64,000 nt of DNA from Spirochaetia bacterium (lineage in GTDB: Bacteria; Spirochaetota; Spirochaetia; CAKZLE01): the NCBI GenBank assembly GCA_963677595.1, contig OY782041.1, positions 1,216,001 to 1,280,000 of the forward strand, given 5' to 3'. The notes under the pieces were generated by a model that was given only the letters and a program-made list of their open reading frames with translations, was not told where the DNA came from and searched no databases. Made by a program: the position numbers and the translations under genes. Positions 56,690 to 64,000 of this stretch are shown piece by piece. How positions within the stretch are numbered: position 1 is the stretch's first letter; the number at the start of each line of letters is the position of its first letter.

Positions 56690-57976
56690 GTGGAAGATCC
56701 AACCCCCTGGCAGGGGATACCCGGCTTCAGGGCTCTCCCTGAAGCAGAACAGCAGTTCATCATCGACGCAGCCGGCAGGCTGCGCCTCAGCTCGCAGCAC
56801 ACCAGGAAGCTGTGTGAGGCAGCCGTGGACCTCAACCTCTGGGAGGAACCCTCCATCCTCGAGCTCTGGGATGAGTCGGGGACCGAACGGCTGACGGGGA
56901 AGACAAAGTCTTCGAAGATCCTCTCCCGCCTCTTCGCACGGGTGGACGCCATCAGGAACCGGATCACGCGATACGATGACTTCACCCCTCCGCTTCTTGG
57001 GGAGCGGAAGGAGACCTCGGTAGAACCGATGGACCCGCATGCGAGACTGTTGGGGACCTGCCCTGTCGCAGGGAAGAAGACCAGGTGCTGCAACCTGGAG
57101 ACCCTCGATGCCGTGAAGCAGTGCGGGTTCGGCTGCAGCTACTGCTCCATCCAATCCTTCTATGACGAGGACCGGGTCTACTTCCATGAGGACCTTCACA
57201 GGAAACTGGAGGAGATCGAACTCGATCCCGGGACGATCTACCATATCGGGACGGGGCAGTCCTCAGACTCCCTCATGTGGGGAGACAGGAACGGCCTCTT
57301 AGGCGACCTCTTCTCCTTCGCCTCCGACAACCCGAACGTGATCCTCGAGCTGAAGACCAAGGCTGCCCGTACTGACTGGCTTGAGCTGGATTCGATCCCG
57401 AAGAATGTGATTGCTACCTGGTCATTGAACACACCAACAATTATCAAGGCTGAGGAACACTTGACGGCGCCATTAGAGGCAAGACTCAAGGCTGCCCGGG
57501 CGGCCGCGGACGCGGGGCTCCTCGTAGGGTTCCACTTCCATCCCATGGTCTGGTACGCCGGATGGGAGCAGGAGTACGCCGAGGTGATCGATACGGTCAC
57601 ATCACTGTTCCTTCCCTCGGAAGTCTGCATGGTATCGCTGGGGACCCTTACCTTCATCAGGCCGGTGATCAGGAAGCTGAGATCCTCAGGCAGGAAGACA
57701 CGGGTCACGGAGATCCCGCTCAACGATGCGGCCGGGAAGAGTTCCTATCCGAGGGATATCAAGCAAGCACTCTTCAGGCATGCCTATGATCGATTCTCTG
57801 ACGAGTGGAAGGAGGAGGTCTTCTTCTACCTCTGCATGGAGGATCCCGCCTTATGGGAGCCGGTATTCGGACGCTCTTATCATGACAACGGGGAGTTCGA
57901 GGCAGCCATGAAGCAGGCTTACATGACTAAAATTGACAGAATCAAAACTTGCGGCACCCCGGCAATCACGGTATAA
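56690..57976 (+). CDS. Spore-photoproduct-lyase-like radical SAM protein
   Basis: GTG after GAGGAG; promoter TTGAAA-17-TACAAT; CGFGCSYC, GTGQSSDSL, LELKTK, WSLN, EEH.TA.L.ARL.AA, FHFHP, YLCME. Confidence 0.85.
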   Translation: MEDPTPWQGIPGFRALPEAEQQFIIDAAGRLRLSSQHTRKLCEAAVDLNLWEEPSILELWDESGTERLTGKTKSSKILSRLFARVDAIRNRITRYDDFTPPLLGERKETSVEPMDPHARLLGTCPVAGKKTRCCNLETLDAVKQCGFGCSYCSIQSFYDEDRVYFHEDLHRKLEEIELDPGTIYHIGTGQSSDSLMWGDRNGLLGDLFSFASDNPNVILELKTKAARTDWLELDSIPKNVIATWSLNTPTIIKAEEHLTAPLEARLKAARAAADAGLLVGFHFHPMVWYAGWEQEYAEVIDTVTSLFLPSEVCMVSLGTLTFIRPVIRKLRSSGRKTRVTEIPLNDAAGKSSYPRDIKQALFRHAYDRFSDEWKEEVFFYLCMEDPALWEPVFGRSYHDNGEFEAAMKQAYMTKIDRIKTCGTPAITV

Positions 57977-58029
57977 TCAGCATAACAAGGCACTGCCTGC
58001 AGTCAAAACATCAGCACAGGTCGGTTATT

Positions 58030-58884
58030 ATGGCAAGACGAAATGATGCTACCCGGGTAGATGATATCAAGATTTATAACAGGATGTTCCCCTACCTGAT
58101 GCCCCGCCGCAACGATTCCCTGGTCTTCTACACCCTGGAAGTGGAGATGACGAACGCCGTCAGCTACATCCGTGAGAAGAACCGGGCAGCCGGTTCGAAG
58201 CAGTACCGGCTCTTCGATGTGATCCTGGCAGCACTGGTCCGCACCGTTGCGCTGCGTCCCTCCCTCAACCGGTTCATCGCCGATTACGAGTACTGGCAGC
58301 GGGATGAGATCTCCTTCAACTTCGTCGTGAAGACATCCATGTCCCTCGATGCCCCGGAGCGGAATGCCATCGTGCGTTTCGAACCCGGGATGGCCTTCGA
58401 TGAGATCGCATCCATCACAAACGATGCGATCGACGAGGCACGGACCAGTGATGAGAGTGGCGACGAGACGGTGATCAAGGCCCTGCTCAAGCTCCCGAAA
58501 CCCCTGCTCAAGCTGGTGTTCCGCAACCTGAGAAGGCTGGACCGGAAGGGACGGTACCCGCACGCGCTCAGGGAGGTGGACGGGCTCCATGTCTCGGCGT
58601 TCATCGCGAACCTCGGGAGCATCAACATCGCGAACCCGCCGTTGCACCATCTCTACGAATGGGGGACCACGTCGATCTTCCTGACCATCGGGAAGATGCA
58701 CCGGAAGCGGCTGCTTGACGATGATGACCATGAGATCATCAAGGACACGCTGGAACTCGGGATAACGATCGATGAACGGATCGCAGAAGGGTTCTATTTC
58801 ATGCGGGCTATCAAGCTCTTTCAGCAGTGCCTGGAGCATCCGGAAGTATTGGATTCAGCCCCGGACCTCTCTGAGGCACGTTAG
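58030..58884 (+). CDS. Stand-alone 2-oxoacid-dehydrogenase E2-like acyltransferase domain
   Basis: RP.LNRFI, I.F..VK, FIANLGSI, HHLYEWGT, TIDERIAEG; no lipoyl domain. Confidence 0.75.
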   Translation: MARRNDATRVDDIKIYNRMFPYLMPRRNDSLVFYTLEVEMTNAVSYIREKNRAAGSKQYRLFDVILAALVRTVALRPSLNRFIADYEYWQRDEISFNFVVKTSMSLDAPERNAIVRFEPGMAFDEIASITNDAIDEARTSDESGDETVIKALLKLPKPLLKLVFRNLRRLDRKGRYPHALREVDGLHVSAFIANLGSINIANPPLHHLYEWGTTSIFLTIGKMHRKRLLDDDDHEIIKDTLELGITIDERIAEGFYFMRAIKLFQQCLEHPEVLDSAPDLSEAR

Positions 58885-58887
58885 CGG

Positions 58888-59712
58888 CTACCGCTGGAAC
58901 TTTTCCAGAAAAATATCCTTCTCTCTTCCCTCAAGGGGTATTTCCTCACCTGAGAGGATACTCCTGACAGCATTTGCCTCAGATCCCGAGAGGGAGACCC
59001 CCTGGTGCACATGGTTCATGAATGCATCGCTGGCTATCGGGCAGACCTTGCTGGTGATCTCGAAGATCTGGTCCGCATAGGCACGGATCTCATACTGCGC
59101 ATGGGAATCCATCCTGAGCTTGAGGAAATGGAAGAGGTTATGGAGGTCCATCTGCCAGTACCACTGGGTATAGAGACTCAGGGGCAGGTTGATCCTTGCG
59201 AGCTCCCGCGCGATATCGAGGTCGAGCAGCTGTTCATAGGTCCCGTAGGCCCTCTCCTGGTCGGCCTGGAGCAGCTTCATGACCTTCTGCTGCAGCTCGG
59301 CAGGTACCGGCTCATCCTTCCTGCCCTGCTTGTTGTCCTCGCTCTGGAAGGAGATCTTCTCCCCTGCCGGTATGTAGCACTCATCAGACATGACGCTGTA
59401 CCGGCCAGAGATCTCGTTGAGCTTCGCCGTCCGGTGGCGTATCCACTGGCGAGCCACGAAGATCGGCATCTTCACATGGAAGGTGAGGTTCACCATCTCG
59501 AACGGGGAGGTATGCCCGTTACGCATGAGGTAGTTGATGAGCCCCTTGTCCTTCCGGTAGGTCTTCGTACCCCCGGCATAGGAGACACGCGCAGCCTGCA
59601 CGATCCTCTCGTCCGACCCGTTATAGTCGACGAGGCGGACGAACCCCTTGTCGAGTACGGGGTACTCCTGGTCGAGAATCGCTTCCGCTTCGGGAACAAA
59701 ACAATGCGCCAT
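58888..59712 (-). CDS. thyX: FAD-dependent thymidylate synthase
   Basis: AARVSY, H.SPFE, PIFVARQWIRHR, NEISGRY, ELAR..LP, HAQYEIR. Confidence 0.97.
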   Translation of the reverse strand: MAHCFVPEAEAILDQEYPVLDKGFVRLVDYNGSDERIVQAARVSYAGGTKTYRKDKGLINYLMRNGHTSPFEMVNLTFHVKMPIFVARQWIRHRTAKLNEISGRYSVMSDECYIPAGEKISFQSEDNKQGRKDEPVPAELQQKVMKLLQADQERAYGTYEQLLDLDIARELARINLPLSLYTQWYWQMDLHNLFHFLKLRMDSHAQYEIRAYADQIFEITSKVCPIASDAFMNHVHQGVSLSGSEANAVRSILSGEEIPLEGREKDIFLEKFQR

Positions 59713-59736
59713 AACGCCTCCTTAGGGATAGACTGC

Positions 59737-59955
59737 TTACTTCGACAGGTTATCGAACCTGCGTTCCTTCTCAAGGTCGAAGAGGATCGTCTCAAGGTTC
59801 TTGATCCGTTCCTCCTGGGCATCGAGCTGTTTCCTGAGCTCCTCGATGACCTCTGCCGAGGCACCGCTCTCATGTCTTTTGTCGAGGTACGATTTCAACA
59901 CTCCGCTGAGTGACCCGACGACTACGATCAGGACGATTGCGAACCAAAAATCCAT
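59737..59955 (-). CDS. Small membrane-anchored coiled-coil protein (PspB-like architecture)
   Basis: N-terminal TM segment then ELRKQLDAQEERIKNLETIL; overlap-free slot between rsmE and thyX. Confidence 0.6.
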   Translation of the reverse strand: MDFWFAIVLIVVVGSLSGVLKSYLDKRHESGASAEVIEELRKQLDAQEERIKNLETILFDLEKERRFDNLSK

Positions 59956-60018
59956 ACTGCACACTCCAACTCATAATGTAGCTAGAGTGTATCAAAGAAG
60001 GTTTCCCTGTTCAATAAG

Positions 60019-60729
60019 CTAAGAACGAGTCCTCAGCCTGCCGGTGACGATCCCAAGGCCGGCAGAACAGGCGGTCTCGGTGCGCAGCACCCGCTCCCCC
60101 ATACCGATGACCCTGAACCCCATTGCCCTGAACAGGTCGCGTTCCCGATCGCTCCAGCCCCGCTCGGGACCGATCGCAAGGACGACCGGCCCTGAGAACG
60201 GGACCTCCATGATGTCGCCTTCCGGTTCGATGTTGTCCAGCAGGAGGCGAGTCATGTCACTGCCGAGATCCAGGCTGCCGACCCCGGGGTAGAGGAGGCA
60301 CTCCGGGATGCAGGTACTCACCGCCTGCTGGGCGCCGTGGAGGAGGTATGAACGGTACTCACCCCTCGTCCAGAGATGGGCCTCCCCATAGGACTTCTCG
60401 GCAGTGTCGGCACCGACTACATGGATCTTCCGGACCCCGAGGCTCACCGCCTCCCTGAGGATCCGTTTCATGCAGATCGGCCTCACCTGGGCGACGACCA
60501 GCTCGACGGGAAGCATCGGCTTCTCGACCTCTCCCGGTTCCCAGGAGAACCGGATCCCCTCCTCCCGGACCTCCAGGACCTGGCCATATCCGGCAGGCCC
60601 GTTCACCAGGCCTATGCGGACCCGTTCACCCGGGGTTACCTTGAGCACCTTCCTCATATGCTTCGCACGTTCATCCGAGATCGGGAGGAACCCGTCAGGC
60701 GGCAGTTCATCGAACAGTATGATATTCAT
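60019..60729 (-). CDS. rsmE: 16S rRNA m3U1498 methyltransferase RsmE family
   Basis: H..KVLK, LGV, AIGPERGWS..E, MGERVLRTETA. Confidence 0.88.
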   Translation of the reverse strand: MNIILFDELPPDGFLPISDERAKHMRKVLKVTPGERVRIGLVNGPAGYGQVLEVREEGIRFSWEPGEVEKPMLPVELVVAQVRPICMKRILREAVSLGVRKIHVVGADTAEKSYGEAHLWTRGEYRSYLLHGAQQAVSTCIPECLLYPGVGSLDLGSDMTRLLLDNIEPEGDIMEVPFSGPVVLAIGPERGWSDRERDLFRAMGFRVIGMGERVLRTETACSAGLGIVTGRLRTRS

Positions 60730-60854
60730 ACTGAGAGTTATACCATGTTTCCGCCATACCCTGAAAGCCGTCATGCCCGAGAAGCAGATCCTCTCTTGAC
60801 TTTTTCCTCAGCTGCTTTATCATAGGTGAATCATTCCGGGTAGAGAGGTGAGAT

Positions 60855-61877
60855 ATGAGTGATGTGAAAGTGTTTATCGCGAAGGAGTTCGATCCCTGGC
60901 TGAACCTTGCCACGGAGGACTGGCTCTACCATGATATGGATCCCTCACACCATGTGCTCTTTCTCTGGAGGAACAGCCCCACGGTCGTGATCGGGAGGTA
61001 CCAGAACCCCTGGCAGGAGTGCAACCTCGAGCAGATGGAGCAGGATGGGGTCAAGCTGGCCCGGCGTCAGAGCGGTGGCGGGGCTGTATACCATGACCTC
61101 GGGAACACCAACTTCACCTTCATGTCCAGCAGGGCTGAGTACAGCAAGGAGCGGAACAATTCCATCATCATCGGCGCCCTGCGCAGGCTCGGCCTCGAGG
61201 CTGAGGCTTCAGGTCGGAACGACCTGATCGTCGACGGGCGGAAGTTCTCAGGCAGTGCCTTCAAGCTCTCCAAGGACCGGGCTTTCCATCACGGCACCAT
61301 CCTCATCAATGCCGACATGTCCCGCCTCGGGGAGTACCTCACCCCTGACTCAGAGAAGCTGAAGGCCAAGGGGATCAAGTCGGTGAAATCCCGGGTGACG
61401 AACCTCATCGAGTACGTGCCGGAGATCACCCATGAGAACCTCATGCCGCTGATCATCGAGGAATTCTTCGCAACCTACGGGCAGCGCTGCGAGATCGAGG
61501 AGCTCTCCTATGAGACCATCTCCCGGATCCCCCACCTCAGGAACTACTTCGACACGATGCGTGACTGGGACTGGCGCTTCGGGAAGACCCCGGAGTTCGA
61601 GTATGAGATCTCCCAGCGGTTCGACTGGGGCAGGATGAGCTTCTGCTTCGACACGAAGCACGGGAGGATCGAGGAGGTCCAGATCCATTCTGACTCCCTC
61701 GTCCCGGAGATGATAGAGCAGATGATCATCTCGCTGAAGGGGGTACGGTTCTCCCCTGCTGACATCGCCATGGCCATGGCCGATATAGCAGCCCGCATGC
61801 CGGAGCATGCCGACCAGATCGGGGAGGCCTCGGCATTCCTCGGGGATGCGGTCACTTCCCTTTCGAGGGAATCCTGA
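60855..61877 (+). CDS. lplA: Lipoate-protein ligase A
   Basis: NLATED, LW.N.PTVVIGR.QN, RRQSGGGAVYHDLGN, GRND, KFSGSA, HHGT, SV.SRV.N, WRFGKTP. Confidence 0.95.
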   Translation: MSDVKVFIAKEFDPWLNLATEDWLYHDMDPSHHVLFLWRNSPTVVIGRYQNPWQECNLEQMEQDGVKLARRQSGGGAVYHDLGNTNFTFMSSRAEYSKERNNSIIIGALRRLGLEAEASGRNDLIVDGRKFSGSAFKLSKDRAFHHGTILINADMSRLGEYLTPDSEKLKAKGIKSVKSRVTNLIEYVPEITHENLMPLIIEEFFATYGQRCEIEELSYETISRIPHLRNYFDTMRDWDWRFGKTPEFEYEISQRFDWGRMSFCFDTKHGRIEEVQIHSDSLVPEMIEQMIISLKGVRFSPADIAMAMADIAARMPEHADQIGEASAFLGDAVTSLSRES

Positions 61878-62580
61878 AACCAGTCTCGCAGCCTATGGAA
61901 CGTTTATGAGCATCCTGGCAGCCTCTCCAATCCTTATCCCGGTTCTCTGACTTGTACATCTGTGTCATCCAGTGGACGTCATCGGTGATGGTGTCGAGCC
62001 GGGACTCCATGAGAGCGGCTATGGAGCGGATGAACTCCGCCTGCTGCGGAGCATCAAGGGCTTCCGAGGCCATGGCGAGCACCTCCGGGTAGTGGTGGAG
62101 GCAGATCCCCTTCGAACCTGCAACAGCTTCCCTGAACTCAGGATCACTCCCCCACAGGTAGACATAGGTGAAGGCATACCGCTTGAAGGTCATATCAAGG
62201 CTCTCGCAGATCAGGCAGCCGGAATCCCGGATCCCAAGGACCTGCCTCACCTGCTCGATGAGCTTCTTCGCCTTCCGGGGTTTATCGAGGCCCTTCAGGC
62301 TCTCCTGGACGGACTGCAGCGCCTTCCTCGTCTCCAACAGGTGCGTATGGGAGATCAGCGCAAGTCCCTGCGGTCTTGGTTCGGCTGCCAGCATCGCGTA
62401 GTGGTCAGGGCAGAAGCCTGTGGTGTTGACCTTCACCCGGGTCTCAGGGTTCATGACCGAGCTTCCCAGGTAAAAGTCGATATAACGGCGCTCTGCCTGC
62501 TTCAACAGCAGGCAGAACGGGCAGTCAGGCCCTGCATGCAGGGCATCCCAGACCGGTATGGTCTCTAGTTTATACTTCAT
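61852..62580 (-). CDS. DUF6062-like Cys/His (zinc-binding) protein
   Basis: MKY....IPVWDA...CPFC, GFC..H, CLIC, GICL.H; promoter TTGACT-18-TACAAT. Confidence 0.7.
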   Translation of the reverse strand: MKYKLETIPVWDALHAGPDCPFCLLLKQAERRYIDFYLGSSVMNPETRVKVNTTGFCPDHYAMLAAEPRPQGLALISHTHLLETRKALQSVQESLKGLDKPRKAKKLIEQVRQVLGIRDSGCLICESLDMTFKRYAFTYVYLWGSDPEFREAVAGSKGICLHHYPEVLAMASEALDAPQQAEFIRSIAALMESRLDTITDDVHWMTQMYKSENRDKDWRGCQDAHKRSIGCETGFRIPSKGK

Positions 62581-62751
62581 GCATCTCTCCAGCAGTCCCA
62601 TTGTACAGGGAAACAGGTCAGCTAGTCAAAAGGCGTGTGTAGATGGGCCCAACGGGTATGGCCAGCCGTCATTGAGCGGCTCCACAGGCGTTTTCACCCT
62701 TCCATCATCGAGGAAAATAGCATATACTTGCAGGACAAAGGAGTGTTGACA

Positions 62752-64000
62752 ATGAAGAGAAGGCACAGGTGTCTCACCTTGCTGGTTCTTGTAACTACCC
62801 TATTCCCTCTGACTGCCGAGATCCCCGACAAACGTACGGATGCATCAGCACTGATCGATTCCAGGGAGCTTGTCGTCGCCTTTGATATGAATGAGGAGCC
62901 CGTCTCCTTCAACATCCATAAATCCACCAACATCAATTCCGCACAGCTGTTCACCGCCATCGCCGAGGGGATCGTGACCTATAATCCCGCTACCCTGGCC
63001 CCGGCCCCGGGGACAGCCGTCTCCATCATCCAGTCCGAGGATAATCTCGAGTGGACCATCAAGATCCGGCCTGACGCACGATTCAGCAACGGGGACAGGA
63101 TCACGGCAAAGACCTATCGCGATTCCTGGATGAGCCTCATCGACCCCTCAAGGCCGGGAGACCTCGCGAACCTCCTGGACATGATCAAGGGAGTCAAGGC
63201 CTTCAGGACAGGGAGGGACACGAACCCCGACCATGTCGGGATCCACCTCGTCGATACCACGACTCTGAAGCTTGAGCTCAACGCCCCCTCTCCCTACCTG
63301 CTCGAGATCCTTTGCCACCATGCCTTCGCCGCGATGCACCCGGCCAACCTGCAGAACCAGGGACGGCTCTCAGCCGGGACCTTCGTCAGCAGCGGACCGT
63401 ACCGGATCAGGGAGATGAGCACTGATGAGATCTACCTTGAGAAGAATCCCTACTACTGGGACAAAGAGGCTGTCTTGCTCGATACCATCAGGATCGAGCT
63501 CAGGGAGACCTCACTTGACCTGCTCTCCGAGTTCTCCGAGGGACTCGTCCACTGGTCAGAGGCGTACCTGCCGATCCAGATGATGCTTGATGAGTCCGAT
63601 TACACGGTCTTCCCCGAGTACTCGACGAGCTTCTTCTACTTCTCTGCGACGAAAGGTCCCTATGCCGACCCCGATATCAGGAGGGCACTGGCACTGATGA
63701 TCCCCTGGGACACGGTGCGGGAGGAATCAGCCTCCATCTATACGGCAGACACCCTGATCCCGCAGGACCTCTCCTACCATGGGAATACCGGCATCTCCGG
63801 AAGGGACCGGGAGGAGGCCCTGAGGATCCTCGACAATGCCGGGTATCCGCAGGGAGAAGGCCTTCCCATCATGGAGATCGCCATCTACCCCAACGCGAAG
63901 CTCGAGAAGATGACCGACATCATCACCGACATCTGGAGTGAGGAGCTCGGCATGATGATCATCATCGACGTCATCCCGTTCTCGCTCTATATCGACAACC
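62752..64000 (+). CDS. Peptide ABC transporter substrate-binding protein (OppA-like), 3'-truncated
   Basis: SD AAGGAG; signal peptide; EG.V.Y.P...P.PG.A, A.FSNGD.ITA, SGPY, LEKNPYYWD; open to the window end. Confidence 0.85.
   Translation, partial: MKRRHRCLTLLVLVTTLFPLTAEIPDKRTDASALIDSRELVVAFDMNEEPVSFNIHKSTNINSAQLFTAIAEGIVTYNPATLAPAPGTAVSIIQSEDNLEWTIKIRPDARFSNGDRITAKTYRDSWMSLIDPSRPGDLANLLDMIKGVKAFRTGRDTNPDHVGIHLVDTTTLKLELNAPSPYLLEILCHHAFAAMHPANLQNQGRLSAGTFVSSGPYRIREMSTDEIYLEKNPYYWDKEAVLLDTIRIELRETSLDLLSEFSEGLVHWSEAYLPIQMMLDESDYTVFPEYSTSFFYFSATKGPYADPDIRRALALMIPWDTVREESASIYTADTLIPQDLSYHGNTGISGRDREEALRILDNAGYPQGEGLPIMEIAIYPNAKLEKMTDIITDIWSEELGMMIIIDVIPFSLYIDN

Overview
GC-rich (roughly 60%) chromosomal segment, most likely from a free-living anaerobic spirochaete. 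This is inferred from the hprK-ptsH-lexA-holA gene order, a Leptospira-like LexA helix, FabV, ThyX, a DUF6657-like gene and a large ankyrin lipoprotein. Main contents: hcp with a CRP/FNR (HcpR)-type box; MarR-MATE; a divergent fabH-D-G-F-Z-V / accB-C-D-A fatty-acid cluster with no acpP; GntR-glycerate kinase; a purine salvage operon (hpt, a fungal Hpt1-like PRTase, purA, purB); a ~1,000-aa ankyrin lipoprotein; mobA-alaX-alkD-yqaA; a YtrA/ABC operon; a DeoR-controlled locus (malic enzyme, Ldh_2, GlpA-like flavoprotein triad); a B12 radical SAM gene; tRNA-Cys; hom; a c-di-GMP module; gpx-ohrR; hprK-ptsH-lexA-holA; uvrC divergent from a spore-photoproduct-lyase-like radical SAM gene; a His-less E2-like protein; thyX, rsmE, lplA and a partial oppA. 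No CRISPR array, rRNA, prophage or transposase was seen. The most unusual signal is a pair of matching palindromic sites (TATGACT-N14-AGTCATA), 545 bp apart, buried inside alkD and alaX and written in very rare codons. Several genes also look leaderless. All family calls come from motif recognition by eye; no database searches were run.
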